DNA of 64,000 bases from an uncultured Verrucomicrobiae bacterium (lineage in GTDB: Bacteria; Verrucomicrobiota; Verrucomicrobiia; Chthoniobacterales; JAFAMB01). Below the pieces are notes generated by a model. It was not told the DNA's origin. It saw only the letters and a list, made by a program, of their open reading frames with translations, and made no database searches. How positions within the stretch are numbered: position 1 is the stretch's first letter; each line of letters begins with the position of its first letter. The translations under genes were made by a program, and so were the position numbers. The DNA lies in contig CAWEXO010000016.1 of the NCBI GenBank assembly GCA_963813025.1, positions 1 through 64,000 on the forward strand, given 5' to 3'. Positions 42,283 through 51,348 of the stretch are shown piece by piece.

Positions 42283-43350
42283 CTACGGTGCGGGTTTTTC
42301 CAGAGGTTGACCCAAAGCAACCGGCGTGCCGAAATTGGGTGTCCCATCGGCGTTCCAGGTGAAGCGCTGGATGCGTGGCGAGCGAAGGTTGCCGCAGCCT
42401 TCGCCCGGCCCCGGATTGGCGTGGTAGATAATCCAATCTTGCTTACCGTCGGGCGACTTGAAGAAGCCATTATGTCCCGGTCCGAAGGCCCCGACCATCG
42501 GGTCCGTCGAGAGGAACGGGTGGTTGAACTTCGTCCAACTTCTGCCATCGAGCAGGTTCGCACCAACATTCGCCTGAATGAGGCCCAGCGCGTAAAAGTC
42601 CGTCCAGCATCCCGAAGCCGAGAACACGATGAAAATCTTGCTGCCGTGCAACAGCGCTTCCGGGCCTTCATTGACATTGACGTGCCTGCCGGGCAGGTCA
42701 CCGTGCTTTTCCCAAGGATAGGTCGGTTCCGAAATCAGTGTGCGTGGCGAATCGATGGTCCACGGATTACTCATATGAGCAATGAAAAGGTCCTGCTCAC
42801 CGTCCGTATCGCCTTTCCAGCCAGACCACACGAGATAGTGTTCACCGTTCAGTTCGAAGATTGTCGGGTCGATAGCCCATTTATCGCTGGAATCGCTAAC
42901 CTTGCCCTTGAAAGTCCACGTGCCTTCGATCGGATCGTCATTGCCGTTCTCGACGACATAGATACGATGAGAAGCATTGTCGCCGGCATCGGCGGCGAAG
43001 TAGAAATACCATTTGTTGCCCCAGCGATGGAGCTCGGGCGCCCACACCTCGTTCGACCATGGCTGTCCCGGCTCAGGTGTCCAAACCGCCTTCTTCTCTG
43101 CGTGTCCTAGGTCCGTGATATCCGCTGTTTTGCGAAGAGTCAGGTTCGTGCCAGATGAATTCGAGTAATAGTAGAACCCCCGCCACCAAACCACCCACGG
43201 GTCAGGCCCGGTCTGCAGCAGTGGGTTAGTAAAAGTATCGCCCGGGGCTGCCGAGGCACTCTGGGGCGTAAGAGTCACTTGGGCTACGCTGTCCGACGCT
43301 GCCCACGTCAGTACCGAGGTGGCAACGGTCACAATTATTGGCGTCCTCAT
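42283..43350 (-). CDS. Secreted GH43 glycoside hydrolase (arabinofuranosidase-like)
   Basis: GPDPW, WAPELH, WAIDPT, VNEGP, GPGHNGF, IIYHA. Confidence 0.92.
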   Translation of the reverse strand: MRTPIIVTVATSVLTWAASDSVAQVTLTPQSASAAPGDTFTNPLLQTGPDPWVVWWRGFYYYSNSSGTNLTLRKTADITDLGHAEKKAVWTPEPGQPWSNEVWAPELHRWGNKWYFYFAADAGDNASHRIYVVENGNDDPIEGTWTFKGKVSDSSDKWAIDPTIFELNGEHYLVWSGWKGDTDGEQDLFIAHMSNPWTIDSPRTLISEPTYPWEKHGDLPGRHVNVNEGPEALLHGSKIFIVFSASGCWTDFYALGLIQANVGANLLDGRSWTKFNHPFLSTDPMVGAFGPGHNGFFKSPDGKQDWIIYHANPGPGEGCGNLRSPRIQRFTWNADGTPNFGTPVALGQPLEKPAP

Positions 43351-43621
43351 CAGTGTTAAGATACGTCCCCTTGACAGGGATCCTTATTCCAAAATGCTGG
43401 TTTTTCAGCAGGATCAACCTTCGACATTCAATGCTCCCGCCTCATCTGAACTGCCAAGCAAGGCAAGCGCAAGCGAGAAGGGATCGCAATCCATGACGCT
43501 TTTCTGGCCGCCTCCCGAAATCCTCGCCACCTTTCTTTTTGGTTTCCAAATGTTTCCTGATAGCCTATCGGTAGGGCGGAGCGTAGGCTGACGCACGCTT
43601 GACCCCGGGAGATAATAATCG

Positions 43622-44191
43622 ATGCCACAGCGAATTGACCGGTGCCGCACAGGAATGCTTTTGCTCTGTTGCGCCTGGAACTTGGGCGCAGCTCACGCCG
43701 ATGATCTGACCACAGCCTCGGGCAACACGTTCCACAATATCGAAGTGCTCAGCCGCACTACGACAGCGCTTCTGATCCGGAGTAACGAGGGCGAGGCGCA
43801 GGTTCCCTTGAGCGACCTCAAGGAAGCGGACCGCAAGAAGTATGAGAAAAACCTGATTCACACGATTGATATGCCGGCGATCACGGTCATCGGCGAAAGA
43901 AAACCGGATTTCAGTGCGGAGCCGGAGCAGACAAAAGCTTTTACCGCTTTCGAAAAAGACATCCGCCGTCAGGATCTTGAGCGCGAGCAAGCGGCCAAGG
44001 ACAAGGCGGAGCACCCAACCTACAAGCCGTTCCAGATTACACGGAGCATCAGCATCTCTTTGAGCAACACGTCGCTAAAAGATGATCGAGCGACCACACC
44101 GGACTACCTCAATCCTTCCTACGAAAGGCTTTCTCCGGACATCGTGGAAAAAGACCTGAAGGTTTACAAGATGTCGCTTTCCAACCAGTAA
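43622..44191 (+). CDS. Secreted hypothetical protein
   Basis: Signal peptide AAHA-DD; LTTASGNTFHNIEV...VPLSDL small beta domain. Confidence 0.55.
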   Translation: MPQRIDRCRTGMLLLCCAWNLGAAHADDLTTASGNTFHNIEVLSRTTTALLIRSNEGEAQVPLSDLKEADRKKYEKNLIHTIDMPAITVIGERKPDFSAEPEQTKAFTAFEKDIRRQDLEREQAAKDKAEHPTYKPFQITRSISISLSNTSLKDDRATTPDYLNPSYERLSPDIVEKDLKVYKMSLSNQ

Positions 44192-44240
44192 ACAGGCTTT
44201 TTTTTAAAATACGGCTTTTCTCCTCGCTCCACGCGCCATC

Positions 44241-44789
44241 TTGGGACTGCTCTGGATCGGCTGGGCCATCTACTGGATTATCTCGGCCAGCACTAGCGCG
44301 CCGACATGCGAAAACGCGGCACGAACGACCGAGATTCTCCACCGAATTCCTCTGATGCTCGGAATCTTGGCGTTCGCGATCGGCGGAGTTCCCGCGAGGC
44401 CCAGAGCCGTCGCTGCGGTGGCTAGCTACAACGGGCGCAACATCGTCGGACTGCTTCTGCTGGCTGGCGGGCTTGCCTTCGCGATTTGGGCGCGATGCCA
44501 CCTCGGAAAACTCTGGAGTGCGCGGATTACTTTGAAGACGGATCACCGAGTGATTCAGACGGGGCCGTACGCGATTGTTCGCCATCCGATTTACAGCGGC
44601 TTGATCCTCGCTTTGCTGGGAACGGCCATCATGCTGAACTCGTGGTCGACTTATCTGGGCTTTGCCCTCATCTGTTTGTCTTTGGTGTGGAAACTCGCTC
44701 TGGAAGAACGCTGGCTCATCATTCATCTGGGCGACGCTTATCGGGAGTATCGGCGGCAGGTGAAAGCTCTGATTCCCTTTGTCTTGTGA
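44241..44789 (+). CDS. Isoprenylcysteine carboxyl methyltransferase/PEMT family membrane protein
   Basis: LGKLWS, GPYAIVRHPIYSG, EERWL, YREYRRQV; start uncertain. Confidence 0.85.
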   Translation: MGLLWIGWAIYWIISASTSAPTCENAARTTEILHRIPLMLGILAFAIGGVPARPRAVAAVASYNGRNIVGLLLLAGGLAFAIWARCHLGKLWSARITLKTDHRVIQTGPYAIVRHPIYSGLILALLGTAIMLNSWSTYLGFALICLSLVWKLALEERWLIIHLGDAYREYRRQVKALIPFVL

Positions 44790-44813
44790 TCTGCCTCGGC
44801 CAATCATCTTATA

Positions 44814-45833
44814 ATGAGAGCAATCCTGGCGGGCTGTGGCTCGATGAGCAGAGAGTGGATTCGATGTGCAGAGAAACTCGGGGTCGAACTCGTCGCGTTC
44901 GTTGATATTCATCGCCTGGCGGCGGAAGAATGCGCGGCCGCCGTTGGGTTGAAACCGAGGATTTACACCGATCTGGGCGCGGCCCTGCAAGATTCGCAGG
45001 CTGAGATGCTCTTCGATTGCACAGTTCCCGTGGCGCACTACGACGTTTGCACCCAAGCTCTGGAGGCTGGTTTAGCAGTACTGGAAGAGAAACCGCTGGC
45101 CTTAAACATCAAGGAAGGGACCAGCCTGGTTCACCTCGCGGCAGCGAAAAACTCTTTACACGCCGTAATGCAGAACCGCCGCTTCAATCGTGGCGTCCGG
45201 CTTCTCCGGCAGGAAATAACGGCGGGCACAATTGGAGAGGTGACCGAGGTGCATGCCGACTTTTTCATCGGCCCACATTTTGGCGGTTTTCGGGAGGATA
45301 TGCTTCATGTACTGCTGGCTGACATGGCGATCCACACATTTGATGCCGCCCGGTTCCTTATCGGCTCGAATCCGGCCAGTGTCTATTGTGAGGAATGGAA
45401 CCCGGCAAACTCCTGGTATCGCCACGGCGCTTCCGCTCTCGCTCTTTTCAACATGGCAAACGGTGTCCGCTTCTCGTATCGAGGCAGCTGGTGCGCGGAC
45501 GGGTTCGCGACTGCGTGGGACGCAAGTTGGCGAGTGATCGGTGTACGGGGCACCTTGCTTTGGGACGGGCAGAACGATGTCCGTGCCGCCGTCATTCGAT
45601 CGACCGGAAAATTCCTGAATGATGCGGAAATAGTCAAACCGGCGCACGAGCCTGCTCCGGAAGTAACTGCCGGCCATGAGAGTGTCATGCTGCAATTCAT
45701 CAAGGCGGTAAAAGGCGGTCCGGCGCCGGAGACCGTGAGTTCCGATAATATTTACTCTTTGGCGATGGTCGTTGCGGCTATCGAAAGCGCGCAGCAGGGC
45801 CAGAAAGTGAGCGTTCAAACGGGGGACAGTTAG
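44814..45833 (+). CDS. Gfo/Idh/MocA oxidoreductase
   Basis: GCGSMS, EKPLA, QNRR, DMAIHTFD. Confidence 0.9.
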   Translation: MRAILAGCGSMSREWIRCAEKLGVELVAFVDIHRLAAEECAAAVGLKPRIYTDLGAALQDSQAEMLFDCTVPVAHYDVCTQALEAGLAVLEEKPLALNIKEGTSLVHLAAAKNSLHAVMQNRRFNRGVRLLRQEITAGTIGEVTEVHADFFIGPHFGGFREDMLHVLLADMAIHTFDAARFLIGSNPASVYCEEWNPANSWYRHGASALALFNMANGVRFSYRGSWCADGFATAWDASWRVIGVRGTLLWDGQNDVRAAVIRSTGKFLNDAEIVKPAHEPAPEVTAGHESVMLQFIKAVKGGPAPETVSSDNIYSLAMVVAAIESAQQGQKVSVQTGDS

Positions 45834-45850
45834 TGCCGGTGCTAGTGCTA

Positions 45851-46974
45851 GTACTTAGTTGCTTTAGTTCTTTATATTTATGAAAAATTATGATTTGTTG
45901 GATGGATGGCAACGGGTTGCATCAAACTTTCTGTGGAAAACCGCAAGCTCTTGGAGGGTTGGAGTCGAGCGCAACGGGTCGAACACCGGCTCAAGGTCAG
46001 GAGTCAGATTATCTTGAAGGCGGCAGCGGGCTTGAGTGGACGTGCGATTGCCAAGAGCCTGCGCATTCCCGAGGTGACGGTGAGTAAATGGCGGCGGCGC
46101 TTTGTGCGCCAAGGCCTGGCTGGCTTGGAAGACGCGCCACGCAGTGGAAAGCCGGCCAAGTATGATCAAATGACGGTCAAGCGGGTCTTGGCGCTGCTGG
46201 ATGAAGATCCACCGGCGGGCTACGGGCGCTGGAATGGGCGACTGCTGGCGCAGAGTCTGGCCGATGTTTCCTCCGATCAAGTCTGGCGCATTTTGCGCCA
46301 ACAAGGCATTGAATTGGAACGGCGCCGCAGCTGGTGCATTTCCACCGATCCGGAGTTTGTGCGCAAGGCCGCTGACATTGTCGGTCTTTATCTCAATCCG
46401 CCCCAGAATGCGCTCATCTTGGCCATTGATGAAAAACCAGCCATTCAAGCCCTGGAAAGAGCCCAAGGTTGGATTCGCTTGCCCAATGGCAGGGCGCTGA
46501 CGGGTTTTAGCCACGAGTACAAGCGCCATGGCACCTCCACTCTCTTTGCCGCCCTCAACATTGCCAGCGGCCAAGTGCAGGCTGGTCATTACCGGCGCCA
46601 GCGCCGACGGGAATTCCTGGAGTTTATGAACCAGGTAGTTGCCGGAAATCTCGACAAAGAAATTCATGTGGTCTTAGACAACCTTGCGACCCATAAGCCA
46701 AAGCAAGATCGCTGGTTGAAGGCTCACCCCAATGTGCATTTTCATTTCACTCCAACCCACGCTTCTTGGCTCAACCAGATTGAGATCTGGTTTAGTATCT
46801 TGAGCCGCCAAGCCCTCCAGGGGGCAAACTTCACCAGCGTGGCAGAGCTGCGCAACGCCATCGACACCTTCATCAAGAACTACAATAACAATGCGGCTCC
46901 CTTCGAATGGACCAAATCCCAGGTACATCAGGGGAAAGTCGCCATACATATAACTAACTTACGCAATTAGGCAC
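45851..46974 (+). mobile_element. IS630-family element with intact transposase (45906..46970) and TA target duplication
   Basis: HTH, IDEK, EYKRHGT, VVLDNLATH, SWLNQIEIWF; imperfect terminal IRs flanked by TA within CTAG at 45849-50 and 46975-76. Confidence 0.92.
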
Positions 46975-47023
46975 TAGTGTCAGTGCTAGTGCTAGTTAGG
47001 ATAGGCGGTGCTTCGGCGATTTT

Positions 47024-47295
47024 TCACAAAAGCCGTTTCGCGCAAAAACCGGCTCAGTACTTCGTTGAAACCGTGGGCGGCGTCAATGTTCCCAAAGAGC
47101 ACTCCGGGTAGCGCGGACGGCCTCGTCCGTACTCCCGCTGATGACCAGTGGCTAATCGCCGATGACCTTATGACACGGGTAACGCGGAACTTGTCGCGCT
47201 GTAGTGCCGCGAAGCAGGCACGAAGTCACAAAAGCGTTTCGCGCAAAAACCGGCTCAGTACTTCGTTGAAGGCATGGGCCGCCTCAACATTACCC
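47024..47295. repeat. Direct repeat of the pcaD 3' end (36-bp identical core at 47034-47069 and 47235-47270, with diverged flanks)
   Basis: CGTTTCGCGCAAAAACCGGCTCAGTACTTCGTTGAA occurs twice, 201 bp apart. Confidence 0.9.
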
Positions 47296-48029
47296 AGATG
47301 AGCTGCTTCCGGAATAGGAGAGAGTTTTGCTCCCGGAATCCTGCTTTGCATTTGGGCCGACACTTCCGGAGGAAAGCCCTGGTCGCGAGTGCCAGGAAGC
47401 AGAAGTACGGGAACCCTGATCTGATCCAGATGATCGAGTGTGTCGAGCGATTGAAGAGCCCGGCTGCAACTGATAAATCCCTCAACCGAGGTGGAACGAA
47501 TCATGCCGCCGATCCAATCCATGATCTGCCGATTTCCCGCCTGGAACGCCGGCGTAAACCAGCGCTGGAGGGTCGCATCGACAAGTGGCCCCATGCCAAG
47601 CCGTCGCGCGGTTTCGATCCGCTGTTCAATAGTTTCCTTTGCCTCCACGCGAGTACGAGCGCCGGTACTGCACAGTACCAGCGCGCTGGTGCGCTGCGGA
47701 TACTCCAGGGCGAACACTTGTCCGACCATTCCGCCAATCGACAAACCAACGAAAGCGACCTCGTCGACTCCGAGGTGATCGAGCAACGAAACGACGTCGC
47801 CAGCCAATTCGGAAAGAGTGCAGCGGTCGTTGAGAGCTTCGCTCTCTCCGTGACCGCGCAAATCGTAAATCAGAACCCGAAAATATTCCTCAAGCAAAGG
47901 AAGCTGATAACCCCAGACCTCCAGCCGAGTGGCCAAAGCGTGGCTCAGGAGGATGTTCGGGGCCTCTTCCCGGCCGATGATCGCATACGCCATTGCCCGT
48001 CCGTGATTCGAAAAAAACTGCCGATCCAT
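47226..48029 (-). CDS. pcaD: 3-oxoadipate enol-lactonase-like alpha/beta hydrolase
   Basis: YDLRGHG, GLSIGG nucleophile elbow, RWFT, AAHLGNVE. Confidence 0.75.
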   Translation of the reverse strand: MDRQFFSNHGRAMAYAIIGREEAPNILLSHALATRLEVWGYQLPLLEEYFRVLIYDLRGHGESEALNDRCTLSELAGDVVSLLDHLGVDEVAFVGLSIGGMVGQVFALEYPQRTSALVLCSTGARTRVEAKETIEQRIETARRLGMGPLVDATLQRWFTPAFQAGNRQIMDWIGGMIRSTSVEGFISCSRALQSLDTLDHLDQIRVPVLLLPGTRDQGFPPEVSAQMQSRIPGAKLSPIPEAAHLGNVEAAHAFNEVLSRFLRETLL

Positions 48030-48044
48030 TGGGGTGCAGCCTCG

Positions 48045-49184
48045 TTAAGCGTCTCTGACGTCATTCTGCCCACTCACCAGCTGTCTTGCGGCCGTCTCGC
48101 AGTAAACCGGATCGCCACCTCTTGGTCGGAGATAAAACTCGCTGATAATGATTTTCGTGAGTGCCGCTGCCGGCACTACGAGAATGACGCCGATCAGTCC
48201 GAACAGGGTGGTCATCGATACAACAAAAAACATAATGGTCACTGGATGCAGGTTCATTTGTTTGCCCATGACAAACGGGATCAGAACGTTGGATTCGACC
48301 TGTTGGATAAAGAGGATTGCGGCGAGGGCTAACCCAAATTTCTCCAGACCCAAGCTGGCGGCCACGAATAAAGCGGGTATTGCGGCAATCACCGCGCCGA
48401 CGATGGGGAGAAGCTCGCCAAAAAAGGCGAATACGCCGAAGGCAAAGGCAGGTTGCACGCCGACCAGTGCCAGGAGAACGCCGGTGGAGATCCCGGTCAC
48501 CAGACCCATGATCAACGTGCCGCGCGCCCAGGCGCTCATCTGGTGCATCATCCGGGCCAGGGTGCGCCGAGCCGGTTCTCTGGCTTCAATTGGAACCAGT
48601 TCGAGAGCAGCTGCCACTACCGGAACCGGGTCGCCCAAAGTAAAAACGAGCAACAAAAAAAAGAGCAGCAGATCGATCAGGCCGCCGAACGCACCGAGCG
48701 TTGAACGAACGACGAATTGGGCAGCGCCGCCGGCGTGTGCCCCGGCGGCGCTCAGCAGCTCGTTCGACTGCGTGTTGAGATAATCTTGCAACGCAGGATT
48801 GATCTGTAGCCAACCTCTCACCTGGCTGTAGATTTGGGCGCCATAGTCCGGGGCGCGCTGAACCAGTTGTTGGATTTGGTCGAGGAACCGAGGCAACAAC
48901 AGCGCGACGATCAGCCCGACGATGATGAGGATGACCAGGCCCAGCAACAGGAGCCCCAGCGAACGGTTCACGCGGCGTCTTTCCAGCATCGCGACAACCG
49001 GGTTGAAGACCATCGCCACGATAAAAACAACCGCAAAAAGAAGGAGCTGCCGCCGGAGGGTATAGGTCGCGATTGCTCCCAAGACGACGACAATGGCCAG
49101 GATTAGCCATCGGCGCAGATCATGGTAGGTAAGGCCTCCCGTCCTCTTTTCTTGTTTTTCAACAGATTCTTTCTCGATCAACAT
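48045..49184 (-). CDS. AI-2E family transporter
   Basis: NPVV, LPIVGA, QQVESNVLIP, LHP, GLIGVIL. Confidence 0.9.
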   Translation of the reverse strand: MLIEKESVEKQEKRTGGLTYHDLRRWLILAIVVVLGAIATYTLRRQLLLFAVVFIVAMVFNPVVAMLERRRVNRSLGLLLLGLVILIIVGLIVALLLPRFLDQIQQLVQRAPDYGAQIYSQVRGWLQINPALQDYLNTQSNELLSAAGAHAGGAAQFVVRSTLGAFGGLIDLLLFFLLLVFTLGDPVPVVAAALELVPIEAREPARRTLARMMHQMSAWARGTLIMGLVTGISTGVLLALVGVQPAFAFGVFAFFGELLPIVGAVIAAIPALFVAASLGLEKFGLALAAILFIQQVESNVLIPFVMGKQMNLHPVTIMFFVVSMTTLFGLIGVILVVPAAALTKIIISEFYLRPRGGDPVYCETAARQLVSGQNDVRDA

Positions 49185-49221
49185 GGAATTTTCTTTGAGT
49201 TTTGCCCGGCCTGTAGTGTGG

Positions 49222-49358
49222 AAACCACCGATTTCACCGATTTGCACAGATTTTCAAAGAACGGGATTCCTGGAACGGGAATAGAGCCGAATGTGCGACC
49301 AATGCGTCGATAAGTGATTTAGAACTTGATCTGTGCAAATCTATGAAATCGGTAGTTT
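49222..49358. repeat. Inverted repeat built from nonamer units (30-bp arms, 27/30 match)
   Basis: AAACCACCGATTTCACCGATTTGCACAGAT ... ATCTGTGCAAATCTATGAAATCGGTAGTTT. Confidence 0.8.
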
Positions 49359-49384
49359 TAATCTTTTGCTGAAATCTGCGTGGG

Positions 49385-50080
49385 ATGAAAGCCATTGTTT
49401 TCGACACGTTCGGCACATTGGTTGACTGGCGAGCAAGCATTATTCGCCAGCTGGCAGAATTCGGTCGTAACCGCGGGGTGTCGGCGGACTGGGCCGGACT
49501 GGCCGACAAGTGGCGTCGGGCGTATGAACCGTCCCTTGAGTCGGTCCGGAGCGGCGCTCGGCCATGGGTAGTGCTGGACGAGTTGCATCGGGAGTCGCTG
49601 ACCCGGCTCAACGAAGAAATGGGTCTCGGTCTCACCCAGAATGATCTTACTGATTTAACCTTCGTCTGGTATCGGCTTGACCCGTGGCCCGACGTTGTTC
49701 CCGGACTTAACCGGCTGCATCGCGACTACATCCTGGGGCCGCTTTCCAATGGCGGATACGCCATGTTAGTGAACCTCGCGCGGTTTGCCGCGCTGCCTTG
49801 GGACGCCGTTCTTTCGGTCGAATTGTTTGAGCACTATAAACCGGATCCGGCAGTTTATCTGGGAGCCTGTCGCCTCCTGCGTTTGCCGCCGGAAGAGGTC
49901 ATGCTCGTGGCCGCGCATAACTACGATCTGCGCGCCGCACAAAACTTAGGGCTAAAGACCGCTTTTGTCCCGCGCCCGACCGAGTACGGCTCGAGCCAGG
50001 ACAAAGATCTTGCGCCAGACGGCGATTGGGATTTTGTGGCGCGGGACTTGATGGATTTGGCGGTCCGGCTTGGGGCGTGA
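49385..50080 (+). CDS. Haloacid dehalogenase type II
   Basis: FDTFGTLVDW, PLSNG, YKPDP, MLVAAHNYDL. Confidence 0.9.
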   Translation: MKAIVFDTFGTLVDWRASIIRQLAEFGRNRGVSADWAGLADKWRRAYEPSLESVRSGARPWVVLDELHRESLTRLNEEMGLGLTQNDLTDLTFVWYRLDPWPDVVPGLNRLHRDYILGPLSNGGYAMLVNLARFAALPWDAVLSVELFEHYKPDPAVYLGACRLLRLPPEEVMLVAAHNYDLRAAQNLGLKTAFVPRPTEYGSSQDKDLAPDGDWDFVARDLMDLAVRLGA

Positions 50081-50083
50081 AAG

Positions 50084-50238
50084 CTCGCCTTTGGAGTGCG
50101 TGCGACTTGTCGCCGCTTTGGGTCCGCGCGGAGCGCGACCGCCAACAAAGCGAATCTTTTCGGCAGAGTCTGCACGTCGTGGTTCCGTTCGCGAGCGAGG
50201 CCGCGCTCTGCGCAGGTCGCACGCACTCCAAAGGCGAG
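50084..50238. repeat. REP/MITE-like element with 23-bp perfect inverted ends; related copy at 62932
   Basis: CTCGCCTTTGGAGTGCGTGCGAC ... GTCGCACGCACTCCAAAGGCGAG, between convergent genes. Confidence 0.85.
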
Positions 50239-50324
50239 ACAGGACTGTCTGCGCAGTTTCGGTTCCTTTGGGTTGTCGCGGTGCGCTGCAACATCGGACC
50301 CGTGACTCGCGACTCGGGACTCCT

Positions 50325-51083
50325 TCATTTGTCCAGACGTACTACCAGAACTGGTAAACGCGTGGCCAATACTTCCCCGTCGGTGGAATACTCGATTGCC
50401 AAAGCAGCGCGCGTCTCCAGGCTGGCGTCGCCGGCATGGGCTCGCAATTCGGCCTTCCGCTCCGGCGAACAATTCGCTTGCCTCGTCCACCAGTCGAACT
50501 CCAGCCGGTAATGAACGATCTCCGCGCTGCTCCAACGGAATCCAGCGCTCTCGGCCAGTCGTTGCCACTCCTCCGGTGTCCGCTGGTCGTAGTGGGACGG
50601 GTCGCGGATTTGCTCCCAACGATTGATCCAGTCTTTTGATTCAGCCGTGGGAGAGATCTGATCCGCCACAACCATTCTGCCGCCAGCTTTCAGCACTCGC
50701 CGGCTCTCCTCGAGAAAGCGTTCGAGGCGGTGGAAATGATGCGGAGCATGGCGCGATGTTACCAGGGTGAAGCTTTGATCGGAAAATGGCAAAGCATCCG
50801 CCGCTGCCCTGTGAAACATGACGTTCTGGACCGCCCGTTCCGCGCTGAGTTTGCGCGCCTCCGCCAACATGCCATCGGCGATATCGATGCCAACGACCGA
50901 CTGCACCAACGGCGCCAGGGCGAGGGCGGTATGGCCTGTCCCGGTGGCGATATCGAGCACGATGTCGTTGGTCATGGGTTTCGTCAACCCCACAAGCGCA
51001 TCGAGGCTGGGACCTTCCCGATGGACCGGGCTCGCCGCGTAATTCGCGGCGATCGGGTTGAATTGTTCCGCACTGTTCTTCAT
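50325..51083 (-). CDS. Class I SAM-dependent methyltransferase
   Basis: VLDIATGTGHT, LPFSD, RHAPHHF, RDPSH. Confidence 0.9.
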   Translation of the reverse strand: MKNSAEQFNPIAANYAASPVHREGPSLDALVGLTKPMTNDIVLDIATGTGHTALALAPLVQSVVGIDIADGMLAEARKLSAERAVQNVMFHRAAADALPFSDQSFTLVTSRHAPHHFHRLERFLEESRRVLKAGGRMVVADQISPTAESKDWINRWEQIRDPSHYDQRTPEEWQRLAESAGFRWSSAEIVHYRLEFDWWTRQANCSPERKAELRAHAGDASLETRAALAIEYSTDGEVLATRLPVLVVRLDK

Positions 51084-51348
51084 GCGTGTGTTTTTTCTCC
51101 GAGGATCTCCGTCAGGCTGGTGCTGAACGCCTTCTCAAAAATTGCACTCGGACGATTTGAGGACAAGGGTAGACGCTGGATTTCGGGCGGTGAGCCAAGA
51201 GGTGCGAGCATGGCGCACCTGACGAATGAGCGGTTCTTTGTGGCTATCTCGCCTCTCGCGGCGACAATACAAGCTTTAAAGGACTGACCTCCGACACGTC
51301 CTGGCTCGCCTGTCTTGCAGGCGGCTGGACCTGCCCTTAGGTTAGTCG

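Noticed and set aside
47024..47295. Diversity-generating retroelement TR/VR pair
   Set aside because: Mismatches are not adenine-specific and no reverse transcriptase is present in the window.
42307..48332. Long antisense ORFs (e.g. 42307..43110, 44109..45056, 45888..46667, 47274..48332)
   Set aside because: Shadow frames of well-supported genes in GC-rich DNA, with no motifs of their own.
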